Positions 50,657-58,679 are shown, numbered from the stretch's first letter. The stretch is DNA of 64,000 nt from an uncultured virus (IMG/VR IMGVR_UViG_3300024308_000303) (IMGVR_UViG_3300024308_000303), one strand, 5' to 3'. The notes: generated by a model from the sequence alone, not told the origin. Program-made: numbers and translations.

Positions 50657-51175
50657 TTAACAGTTTTGGCTATCAAAAATATGCGAAAACATAAAACAAT
50701 CATTTAAACTGAAGATGTCAAAATAAGTAGCATGAGAAGGTACTTTAGAATCTTTTGGATAAACATTTAAATCCAATAAAAATTGTTCAAGCTCAAAAAT
50801 GTCAGATTTACGTTCAACATCTGTTTCATATTCAGTATTATTAATGAATTCAATAATCATGTGCTTAAATAGCGTACCATTAACAATATATGAGCCATTG
50901 TGATCATCACCTTCACGACCACCAGTGACACAAAACATGACAACTTCGCCAGCGTAGGTAACATAAAACAATTTCCAAACACGGCGATGATCAAATTTAT
51001 GGTCAATAATGTAATGAATATCAATATTATCAAAAACAGTTTTACAATCTAACAAATAAGCAAGATTAAAAACAAGAGAATAATAATGACCAGTTAAAAC
51101 AGAAACATCTTTAGATTTTGAAACAACTGGATAATCAAGCAAATCATTGAAAGTCCACATAATTACCTCAAACAT
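50657..51175 (-). CDS. Hypothetical protein
   Basis: FDHRRVW..GGREGDDH motif; the start may be MWTF. Confidence 0.78.
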   Translation of the reverse strand: MFEVIMWTFNDLLDYPVVSKSKDVSVLTGHYYSLVFNLAYLLDCKTVFDNIDIHYIIDHKFDHRRVWKLFYVTYAGEVVMFCVTGGREGDDHNGSYIVNGTLFKHMIIEFINNTEYETDVERKSDIFELEQFLLDLNVYPKDSKVPSHATYFDIFSLNDCFMFSHIFDSQNC

Positions 51176-51815
51176 TGACCATTTCAGTTAAAACACCATA
51201 ATGTTTAAAATCAAAACTACCATCAGAATTATACTCAAGCATGCCATCCCAAGCAGCAATAGCTTTATTCCTAACCAAACCTAAACGGTTGTTTTTGATA
51301 TTACCATCCAAATCAAAAGCAATATACATTGAAGTATGATTGGCAGAACCAATTTTATTTTTATTTGAAACTAATGATGACAAAGAAGAATTGGGATGGT
51401 CAAAATTTAAACGGATTTCATTTTCGTCGGAGTCTTGCCAATCAAAATCAAAATCCATAAATACTTTAACCTGCTCATGATAAGAAATCATTTTATTATT
51501 AACATGATCAAGTAAACGAATCCCTTCAAAAAAGTCAACGTATTGATTGCCAATGTCAACAATCTTCATTAATCTATCACTAAGTTTGACTTTAGGGACA
51601 ATTTTTCCATTTTTATATTTTAAAAAGTTGAAATTAACGGAGTCACCAATTTCACCATGTAATAGCACAGCCTTATTATGACTTGTAGTAAGACTAAATT
51701 CAAATGCAGCAGTTTGCTTAATGGTTTTTAAATCAACATCAAATAAATTAAAAACTTGATTATTTTGTTTTAAAATAAGCTCAAGTTCATTTTGATTTAA
51801 ACGAGGATATGTCAT
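51168..51815 (-). CDS. Hypothetical protein with MxxV tag
   Basis: LKYKNGK block resembles 2718-3347 and 4007-4648; ends LTEMVNV. Confidence 0.8.
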   Translation of the reverse strand: MTYPRLNQNELELILKQNNQVFNLFDVDLKTIKQTAAFEFSLTTSHNKAVLLHGEIGDSVNFNFLKYKNGKIVPKVKLSDRLMKIVDIGNQYVDFFEGIRLLDHVNNKMISYHEQVKVFMDFDFDWQDSDENEIRLNFDHPNSSLSSLVSNKNKIGSANHTSMYIAFDLDGNIKNNRLGLVRNKAIAAWDGMLEYNSDGSFDFKHYGVLTEMVNV

Positions 51816-51870
51816 TGTAATGCTCTCTTAAATTTTAAGAATTATAGCAAAATATTTAATTTAAATCAAT

Positions 51871-51893
51871 AAAAAAAGCCTCCGAAGAGGCTT
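51871..51893 (-). terminator. Intrinsic terminator of the 23S-mimic RNA
   Basis: AAGCCTC-TTCG-GAGGCTT followed by a T tract; same core as 666-686. Confidence 0.88.
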
Positions 51894-51897
51894 GTTT

Positions 51898-52168
51898 AAT
51901 TGGTGTGCTTGTACGCCAAACAGGATTAACCAAGACCACTACCATGGCACCTTGCCAAGTTTCATGGCAAGTTGGAGGCTTTAGCTGATTCGTCTTGAAT
52001 ATTTCTGGTTTACTTTAAAGTGGATTCGCCAAAAACACCCTTGTCTCAATTGTCCTTCGATAACCATTGTTTCCAATGTCGAAGTATGCCTTGCCTTAAT
52101 CCAAGCACCGATGGCCTTTGCCTGACTCTTTAAAGGATGGCTGCTTTTAAGCCCACCTTCCAATCAAC
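51898..52168 (-). ncRNA. Stand-alone structured RNA mimicking the 23S rRNA uL11-binding GTPase-associated centre (H43/H44)
   Basis: 52160-52127 GAAGGTGGGCTTAAAAGCAGCCATCCTTTAAAGA and 51916-51903 GCGTACAAGCACAC match 23S rRNA nt ~1055-1088 and ~1091-1104; closed by GATTGG/CCAATT; own promoter and terminator. Confidence 0.85.
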
Positions 52169-52174
52169 AAAACA

Positions 52175-52203
52175 ATTATAGCAAAATATTAATCAATATT
52201 CAA
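52175..52203 (-). promoter_or_regulatory. sigma70-like promoter of the 23S-mimic RNA
   Basis: TTGAAT-17 bp-TATAAT with extended TG; the -35 lies in the last codons of the upstream gene. Confidence 0.8.
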
Positions 52204-53002
52204 CCATTTCTACAACTGGTTTAATATGTTCTTCAAAATAATCACAATACTTTTTTGTCAATTCTCGATGACAAGAATTGTCGATAACTGAAATAGACTT
52301 AGTTAAACATGTAAATGGAAGCAAAAATTCATTAAAATGTTTCGCTATATCATCCAATGTAGATTTTCTTTCATCAATCAAAAATTGTTTTTCCTTTATG
52401 ACACCATCGAGAGAAATCAATTCAAGATGGAAAACATTCTTGTAATATGAAATTGAAAATTCCGCCTTTTCTGTTGATGTAGAATAGGGATCAAAAGTAT
52501 ACTCACCAGAACGATAATCTCTGCTAAGATAATACGAAACTTGATTCACCAATTTTAAACCATCGAATACAACATTGCTCACTTTATAATCTAAACAAAC
52601 GCCTTTAGCTGAAAATGAGATACGACCGCCATAGGGTAATTCAATAGTCGAAAATGGCTGAATGATAGAAATGAAATTATCATAATTTTTAAAAAACGCA
52701 TATTTTTTATCAGTCAAAAATCGAAGAGATCTTGAAAAAACACAAACTGAAAAAGGAATCATCTTTTTTAGTTCCATAACAGTCTCATCAATATTAGGCT
52801 CTTCATTATTAAACTTGTTTGTGAGAATATAATCTGTAGAATAAGCCGGATTGCGAGATTTAACACTGTCCATAAAGAGGCCAATGTAATTATTGAAATT
52901 ATTATAATCAATATGATAAATTTCAAAACTATTATGATTAAATAGCTTATTATTTACAAGATCAGCAAATTTATTAATGAGTGAATTATTTGTAGTATTC
53001 AT
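52193..53002 (-). CDS. Paralog family A distant member; MxxY tag
   Basis: FLLPFT...RELTKKYCDYFEEHIKPVVEMVEY; start refined after GGAG. Confidence 0.82.
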   Translation of the reverse strand: MNTTNNSLINKFADLVNNKLFNHNSFEIYHIDYNNFNNYIGLFMDSVKSRNPAYSTDYILTNKFNNEEPNIDETVMELKKMIPFSVCVFSRSLRFLTDKKYAFFKNYDNFISIIQPFSTIELPYGGRISFSAKGVCLDYKVSNVVFDGLKLVNQVSYYLSRDYRSGEYTFDPYSTSTEKAEFSISYYKNVFHLELISLDGVIKEKQFLIDERKSTLDDIAKHFNEFLLPFTCLTKSISVIDNSCHRELTKKYCDYFEEHIKPVVEMVEY

Positions 53003-53017
53003 GATGTTTAACTCCAA

Positions 53018-53419
53018 TTAATAAGAATGAACAATATAAACTTCGTAATCACTATGATCTTCATCATAATAGCCATTTTCAATACAAGCTTCTATATCGT
53101 CCTCATCACATTCAGGATCTTGTTCAAGAATAAGCTTTCTAAAAATAGCTTCTGCCTTTTTGTTACCTTTGTCATCATCAATAAAGTCAATTTTTTGTTT
53201 GATAGCACCATCAAAATATTCAATGACAGAAACAACTTGAATTTCACTAGTTTTCGCTTCATCACGCTTATCAAAAAATGCTTTAACAGCTTGGAAATTA
53301 GAAAAACCTGCAAGTTGAGAGAATCGTTCGCGGAATTTTGAAAGAGTCATTTTTTCAGATTTGCTTTCTGAATACAGCATTTCTGTGGCTTTTTTCAAAT
53401 GATTAAAATTTGTAAACAT
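53018..53419 (-). CDS. Hypothetical protein with N-terminal helical domain (resembles 'glyoxalase superfamily protein' N-termini)
   Basis: LKKATEML..MTLSKFRERFSQLAGFSNFQAVKA pattern; acidic C-terminus; GGAG RBS. Confidence 0.7.
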   Translation of the reverse strand: MFTNFNHLKKATEMLYSESKSEKMTLSKFRERFSQLAGFSNFQAVKAFFDKRDEAKTSEIQVVSVIEYFDGAIKQKIDFIDDDKGNKKAEAIFRKLILEQDPECDEDDIEACIENGYYDEDHSDYEVYIVHSY

Positions 53420-53434
53420 AGATAGATCTCCAAT

Positions 53435-53600
53435 AAGTTAATTTATTCAGTTCGGAAAGTTGCTCTCGTTACCTTTATCTGAAAACTAATTAGAGTGACT
53501 AATTGATTTTAAGAGAAATCGAATTTTACCAATGTGAGAGCGGCTGGCATTCGAAAGCCATGCACAAGATGACACCCATTTGTGGTCTTGTTGATTGCGA
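53435..53600 (-). ncRNA. Candidate structured 5' leader
   Basis: ACAAGA/TCTTGT; TGGC-TTTCGAAT-GCCA; GCTCTC/GAGAGC enclosing GATTT/AAATC and AATTAG/CTAATT; promoter TTTACA-17 bp-TATAAT at 53606-53634. Confidence 0.55.
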
Positions 53601-53668
53601 GGTTAATTATATCAAAATAATGCTCTCATGTAAAGGGATATCGAAAAGAAAAATAAATACAGATTCAA

Positions 53669-53697
53669 TTGACTTTTAATGCTCTATTTGATAATAT
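53669..53697 (+). promoter_or_regulatory. sigma70-like promoter (divergent pair)
   Basis: TTGACT-17 bp-TAATAT with extended TG. Confidence 0.65.
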
Positions 53698-53757
53698 TGA
53701 AAACGTTCGTAAATTCAATAAATATAGCCTTTTAATAGCATATTATTAGGAGGATTT

Positions 53758-54132
53758 ATGAACAAGTTACAATCATTAATTGGGAAAACAGTTGTAGAAG
53801 TAAAAGGAAACAGATTTGATGATGATTTTGTTATGGTTACAAAATGTGGGCTTGTATACACATTATACCATAACCAAGATTGTTGTGAGCATGTTTATCT
53901 AGAAGACATTATTGGAGACAATGATGATTTACTTGGTGAAATTGTTTTGGCTGAAGAGGTAACAAACAGAGATATAGAACCACCAAACGAACAAAGCTAC
54001 GCTGATTCATATACGTGGACATTCTATAGACTTGCAACAAAAAAAGGATTAGTAGTTTTGAGGTTCTTCGGATCTTCCAACGGTTACTATTCAGAAGAAG
54101 TATCATTGACTATAACAGAACTTGAAAAATAG
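53758..54132 (+). CDS. Conserved phage-type hypothetical protein
   Basis: YHNQDCCEHVYLEDI..SYTWTFY..GSSNGYYSE; AGGAGG RBS. Confidence 0.85.
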   Translation: MNKLQSLIGKTVVEVKGNRFDDDFVMVTKCGLVYTLYHNQDCCEHVYLEDIIGDNDDLLGEIVLAEEVTNRDIEPPNEQSYADSYTWTFYRLATKKGLVVLRFFGSSNGYYSEEVSLTITELEK

Positions 54133-54153
54133 TTCTTTTTTTGGAGATTTTTT

Positions 54154-54663
54154 ATGACATTAAGAGAAAAAATTCTTGAGCGTGCTTATCAATTTGATAA
54201 TGATGAAGGTAAAAAAGTTTACAATATTTTCTCAATATTAAACGATATGAAAAAATTTAAAAATCTTGATTATTGGGATGCAAAAGATTCTGATGGGGAT
54301 TTTGATCGATGGTGTGATTCAAAAGGATATCCAGAAGTAGATCCAAAAGGAAAAAACCGAAGGCAGAGTAACATTTGGTTCGCAGAACAACAAAAAGAAA
54401 TCAAAGATGGTCTTTGGATTTCACCACAATATTGTCCATTTATTGATATTTTTGTTGATGGAGAACTATACCCAGAATTGTTAATTCCACAAAATTATAT
54501 GCGTGGTGACGAATATGCTGATTTAAATTTTAAAGAATTGCTCAGCCATTGTGAAAAATTAGACATTGAAGAATATGGAAAAGAAGATTATCGAGTGACC
54601 CTTGCAAAAGAATTGAAAGATCTTTTTATTGATGATTTTTCTTTTACAACATATCAAGAATAA
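54154..54663 (+). CDS. Hypothetical protein
   Basis: GGAG RBS. Confidence 0.78.
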   Translation: MTLREKILERAYQFDNDEGKKVYNIFSILNDMKKFKNLDYWDAKDSDGDFDRWCDSKGYPEVDPKGKNRRQSNIWFAEQQKEIKDGLWISPQYCPFIDIFVDGELYPELLIPQNYMRGDEYADLNFKELLSHCEKLDIEEYGKEDYRVTLAKELKDLFIDDFSFTTYQE

Positions 54664-54672
54664 CAAAATACT

Positions 54673-54700
54673 AAAAAAGACCTGAAAAGGTCTTTTTTTT
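54673..54700 (+). terminator. Intrinsic terminator
   Basis: AAAAAAGACCT-GAAA-AGGTCTTTTTTTT. Confidence 0.85.
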
Positions 54701-54776
54701 ATTCTAAATAATTCTTTTAAATATTGATATATTTACAAAATAGTGTATGTTATAAAAAAAACATTAAGAGAATTAT

Positions 54777-55247
54777 ATGACTAAAAAATTACCATTCCTT
54801 TTATTCAGTGCATTAAGTGCTATGACTCTAGTTGCATGTGCTGACAGTGCATCTGATGATAAAGTAATTAATGCCGAAAATTATGAAGTCAAAGTTGCAA
54901 AAAATATAAGTGATACAAGTAAATCGAATTGTGTCTATGATGAAGATAAAAGTATCATGGTATCACAGAGAATTAAGCCACTTGGGCCATATCAAATAGA
55001 CGACTATATTGCAATATATGGAGATAATGTAATTGGGATTGAAAGTCCAACTAATAATTTGAAATTACCTGATGGACTCAGTAAAGGCAAATATGTTGAA
55101 AGCTTTGGAGAAGAAGCTTATTATGAATTATGTGGAGATAACCTTGAAAAGTATCCACATTTAGAGCTTGCAGAAGTTAATATACCAGATACATCGCCTG
55201 ATCAAATAGACAATACAGAAGAAGAAATAGAAGAGCCTACAGAGTAG
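54777..55247 (+). CDS. Lipoprotein
   Basis: Signal peptide with lipobox LVAC; acidic tail. Confidence 0.8.
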   Translation: MTKKLPFLLFSALSAMTLVACADSASDDKVINAENYEVKVAKNISDTSKSNCVYDEDKSIMVSQRIKPLGPYQIDDYIAIYGDNVIGIESPTNNLKLPDGLSKGKYVESFGEEAYYELCGDNLEKYPHLELAEVNIPDTSPDQIDNTEEEIEEPTE

Positions 55248-55254
55248 GCTTTTT

Positions 55255-55467
55255 TTAACGCAATCTCCATTGATCTGCAAAAAATTTAGGCATGGTTATA
55301 ATGGCACAAAGATACAATAGAGTTTCAGAGCTAAGTTTCCAGTAATTGTATGTAGTACCTGCCATTAAAGATTCATAAAATGGAATATACACATTTTTGA
55401 AAATTACAAAAGTTGCCATTGGAAAAATTATTGTAAATGCAATTAACCTAACTTTATCTTTAAACAT
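55255..55467 (-). CDS. Small 2-TM membrane protein
   Basis: GAGG RBS; two hydrophobic segments. Confidence 0.68.
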   Translation of the reverse strand: MFKDKVRLIAFTIIFPMATFVIFKNVYIPFYESLMAGTTYNYWKLSSETLLYLCAIITMPKFFADQWRLR

Positions 55468-55531
55468 AGAGTCCTCAACAAAAAAAAGAGCCTGATGGCT
55501 CTCTTTAATATAACAGATATATCAATAAAAC

Positions 55532-55783
55532 TCAACCCAAAGTCATTATGTTGGACTGTAGTTTTTCAAGTTTCTTAATAGCTTTTTGATAAGTGCTAGT
55601 CCTGTAAACTGGTCTGAATACTCTGTATGGGCCATTAATTGGATTACGAGTAATGTTGTTTACATCTTGATAAATATCCCAATATCCTACTTCATATTTT
55701 TTAAAAAATTTGCTTTTATTATAATTAAACTCAACTTTACCTGTTTTCACAAGTTGCTGACTAACGTTCACTGGAAAGTACAT
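55532..55783 (-). CDS. Hypothetical protein
   Basis: AGGTG RBS; promoter and leader hairpin CGGACA/TGTCCG upstream. Confidence 0.7.
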   Translation of the reverse strand: MYFPVNVSQQLVKTGKVEFNYNKSKFFKKYEVGYWDIYQDVNNITRNPINGPYRVFRPVYRTSTYQKAIKKLEKLQSNIMTLG

Positions 55784-55917
55784 GATTTCACCTTTTATTT
55801 AATGTATGTTTTTTATGTTTGTGTATTTTACGGACACTATGTCCGAGATCGTAACACTATTATAACACCAGTATAAAAAGTAATCAATTCCTGTAATGAG
55901 ACATTTTATTACATTTT

Positions 55918-56376
55918 TTAGTCTTCATACAAAAGAGCATGGTTAGACCAGAACTCTTTAACAAAAAGCAGTTCATCTGGATCGGTTACATTAAAATCAT
56001 GTTCTTCACGGGCAGATTTAATACCAAAATAAGCAGTAAGTAGTCTAAATACATTATTGTAACGAGTACGTCTGATAACAAGACAAATTGTTGAACATGG
56101 AACAGGCTCTCGATCAAGAACCATTTTTGAAGGCCATTTACGTCCATGTCGAGTTTTGTAAACAATGGTATCACTATCGGTAACAGTTACACATGTTGTG
56201 AAACCAACCTTGTCTCCAAGGTCTACAAGAACTTTTTGAAAACTTTCTTCAGTTGGATTAAACAGATTGAATGCTTTTTCAAGATGTTCGAGAACATCAG
56301 AATGAACTTTCATATGTTTATTACTGTACATGAGAACATTACCATTTGATGAAACAATTCGATCAATATTTTTCAT
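55918..56376 (-). CDS. Hypothetical protein
   Basis: VGFTTCV..LLTAYFG..EFWSNHAL. Confidence 0.8.
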   Translation of the reverse strand: MKNIDRIVSSNGNVLMYSNKHMKVHSDVLEHLEKAFNLFNPTEESFQKVLVDLGDKVGFTTCVTVTDSDTIVYKTRHGRKWPSKMVLDREPVPCSTICLVIRRTRYNNVFRLLTAYFGIKSAREEHDFNVTDPDELLFVKEFWSNHALLYED

Positions 56377-56588
56377 TTTTTAGATTTCCGGTGAGCGGCC
56401 CAATAACCTCGTGACCAAAGACCTCTTTTGCGACGATCATTGTCACAAGCATATGAAGTTGAAGCAAGAATAGGATATGGGTTCATAGAAAAAGAATTTC
56501 CACGAATGGAATCATCATAACCTTCCTTCCAATATTTAATCCAATTAAGCCTTGAAAGAAGAGTGCGAATTTTCATAATGACCTCCAA
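56373..56588 (-). CDS. Small hypothetical protein
   Basis: EGY..NPY..WSRGY pattern; the start is probably MKIR after GGAGG. Confidence 0.68.
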   Translation of the reverse strand: MEVIMKIRTLLSRLNWIKYWKEGYDDSIRGNSFSMNPYPILASTSYACDNDRRKRGLWSRGYWAAHRKSKK

Positions 56589-56724
56589 TATAATAAATTA
56601 AGTATATCATTTTAGACAAAAAAAGACAAGAAACATACAATAACAAATAATACAAGATCTTAAATAAATTGACACAAATACAAATAATGCTAACATTATA
56701 GTATAAAAACAAAAACAAAAAGAT

Positions 56725-57540
56725 ATGAAAAAGAGTATACTTGGAATTATTATTGCTGCTGCAGCAATACAAACTGCATCTGCAAATTATACTGTTATTA
56801 TTGGCGTTAAAGATAAAGACATAAACTTTATAAACAATGTAGAAAAGCCAGCAGAATCCAAGTGGATCAGCATTGAAGATAACATTACAGATTGGGTTTA
56901 TGGTAATACTGAATGTAACAAATGGTTGCCACTACCAGATGATATAGAGTCTGGAGTAGAGTATATACAAAATGGTACTGATTGTGTAACGAACAAAGAA
57001 AGAACAATTGAAAAAAGAGAACAGAACACAGTTAATGGAGAAATTAGAATAATTTCGACTGAAACTGAATCCACCATTGATACAGAAAAACTAGCTACAA
57101 GAGAAGCTATCGGTTCATCTACAGCACAAATATTCAATATAACAGTTGGGTTACATCCAAACTATTCAGCTTGCTCAATAAAACTAAAAGGGTATGGAAG
57201 AAATTCTGGCTGCAATACCGTAACAGGTAATTATGGCAATATTGATGATAATACTATTAGAATCAATGGTATTGAAGAGACTTTTGCACAAATATACACT
57301 TACAAAACAGGCACATCGACCACATGCACACAAGCTTTACAGGTAGTAAATAGTGGTGGCAGATATGACAGCTTACCAAGTACATTAGAAATGGTCTGGA
57401 ATGGAAAACCATATGTAGGAACTAAGAACAAAGATGCCTATCCTTCGTTCTCTGGGTTTAAATTTACAGCACCATGTTCAGAGTTTTTTGATGTTTTACC
57501 TGCTGGTTCAACATTACAAATTAAAGTAAATGGCCATTAA
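56725..57540 (+). CDS. Exported or surface protein, Cys/Thr-rich
   Basis: Signal peptide MKKSILGIIIAAAAIQTASA; TTGACA promoter upstream. Confidence 0.8.
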   Translation: MKKSILGIIIAAAAIQTASANYTVIIGVKDKDINFINNVEKPAESKWISIEDNITDWVYGNTECNKWLPLPDDIESGVEYIQNGTDCVTNKERTIEKREQNTVNGEIRIISTETESTIDTEKLATREAIGSSTAQIFNITVGLHPNYSACSIKLKGYGRNSGCNTVTGNYGNIDDNTIRINGIEETFAQIYTYKTGTSTTCTQALQVVNSGGRYDSLPSTLEMVWNGKPYVGTKNKDAYPSFSGFKFTAPCSEFFDVLPAGSTLQIKVNGH

Positions 57541-57872
57541 TAGAAAGGAAAGTCATCATCGTCATCGTCTGATTGGCCATTTTTTGGCTCATAGAAATCG
57601 CTGATTTCTTCTTCTTTCTCAAAGATCTTGATTACTGATTCATCTTCTGTGATTGCAATAGGAACAAATTTATCTTGTTTGTCTACCGAGAAATATCTGT
57701 ATTCAACTGAATACAATAGATCATCTTGGGCACGATAAATAAACAGCCCTGATGTTTCTTCATGAGAATGCCAAGCATCATCATAGATAACTTCTTTTAC
57801 ATTATCAATATCAGCTTGTGAAAAGCTTGCAAAGTTATCAGTGAAGAATTCAGAAAGCTCTATTTGGTTCAT
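57537..57872 (-). CDS. Acidic hypothetical protein
   Basis: GGAG RBS; ends SDDDDDDFPFY. Confidence 0.75.
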   Translation of the reverse strand: MNQIELSEFFTDNFASFSQADIDNVKEVIYDDAWHSHEETSGLFIYRAQDDLLYSVEYRYFSVDKQDKFVPIAITEDESVIKIFEKEEEISDFYEPKNGQSDDDDDDFPFY

Positions 57873-57996
57873 AATGTTGACTCCAATAAGTTTAGGTTTA
57901 TTATACCAAAAAAGATCATAAAATAAAAGAGATTTAAATTAAAATATTGAAAAGTGCCATCAAAATGATAGCATAAAATTAATAAGGAGGGAAAAC

Positions 57997-58170
57997 ATGT
58001 ATATGATAACAAGCGTATTAACCATCGCTCTGGCTTTAATGATGGGTCTTGCAACGATATTTATAAGTGATATGTCACTTTGGGAAAATAAATTAATTGT
58101 AGGCGTTACCTTGGTGTTTTCAATAACTGTTATAATTCACATCATAATGAAATGGAAAGAACTTAATTGA
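57997..58170 (+). CDS. Small 2-TM membrane protein (57 aa, absent from ORF track)
   Basis: AAGGAGG RBS; MYMITSVLTIALALMMGLATIFISDMSLWENKLIVGVTLVFSITVIIHIIMKWKELN; terminator at 58178-58204. Confidence 0.72.
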   Translation: MYMITSVLTIALALMMGLATIFISDMSLWENKLIVGVTLVFSITVIIHIIMKWKELN

Positions 58171-58215
58171 TGGAAAATAAAAAAGGCCCCAAAGGAGCCT
58201 TTTTCTGTTTATTAC

Positions 58216-58338
58216 TTAACGACGCTTATCTCTTTCAAAACGACGCCAATCTCGTTCTTTTTGTCGTTCAACATCGGCTTCACGTTGCATATAAGCCAGT
58301 TCAATTTCACGTTGCACTTTTTCACTTTGTTTCTTCAT
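58216..58338 (-). CDS. Small charged helical protein (40 aa, absent from ORF track)
   Basis: MKKQSEKVQREIELAYMQREADVERQKERDWRRFERDKRR; AGGAG RBS; similar to 40404-40520. Confidence 0.75.
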   Translation of the reverse strand: MKKQSEKVQREIELAYMQREADVERQKERDWRRFERDKRR

Positions 58339-58583
58339 AATGTAACTCCTAAGACAGTTAAATAAATTTTTTAAATCGTTAAATCTTCTCAATCATCAAT
58401 CTTAATATATTTAACTAAGTTTTACATTGGCTTCATAAATCATTCTCCTAAAAAACCATAATCAGAATTGTTAAGTATCGTGTGCGTTTTAAAAATCAAG
58501 CTTGCATGCATATTGGTTTGCCGCGATTAGCTCTGTATTTTACACGACTTCGGTGTTTAAACCTTATCTTTTTAACTTGCTGT

Positions 58584-58612
58584 ATTCTAACACTTTTTTT
58601 CTTATTTGGCAA
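58584..58612 (-). promoter_or_regulatory. sigma70-like promoter with a long leader
   Basis: TTGCCA-17 bp-TAGAAT with extended TG. Confidence 0.7.
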
Positions 58613-58679
58613 GCTTTTTTATTTTTATGCTTGTTTGTTGTGTTGAAGCTATAGTATCAATTTGAAATTTTTTTTGCAA

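Noticed and set aside
51917..52124. Group I intron call for the insert
   Set aside because: The U and G boundaries fit, but no recognisable P7 R/S elements are present and the insert ends pair with each other; kept only as a testable possibility
51981..52163. 60-aa ORF MEGGLKSSHPLK in the ORF track
   Set aside because: TTG start about 5 nt from the predicted transcription start with no RBS; it is better explained as incidental translation of the 23S-mimic RNA
51898..52168. A true rRNA gene or assembly contamination
   Set aside because: Only about 60 nt match 23S rRNA, in two pieces with compensatory changes; no flanking rRNA sequence; it has the same promoter and terminator style as its neighbours
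57869..58054. Minus-strand 61-aa ORF in the track
   Set aside because: It overlaps a better plus-strand ORF (57997-58170) that has an AAGGAGG RBS and a terminator
57997..58170. Holin call for the 2-TM protein with a Met-Tyr-Met start
   Set aside because: No adjacent endolysin or spanin and no charged residue between the two Mets; left as a generic membrane protein
58514..58524. GGCAAACC suggesting a c-di-GMP-I riboswitch
   Set aside because: The GNRA-capped P2 and the P3 receptor are absent
58562..58583. tracrRNA-like word AGCAAGTTAAAA..ATAAGG
   Set aside because: Short AT-rich match with no nexus or anti-repeat; no cas genes or CRISPR array here
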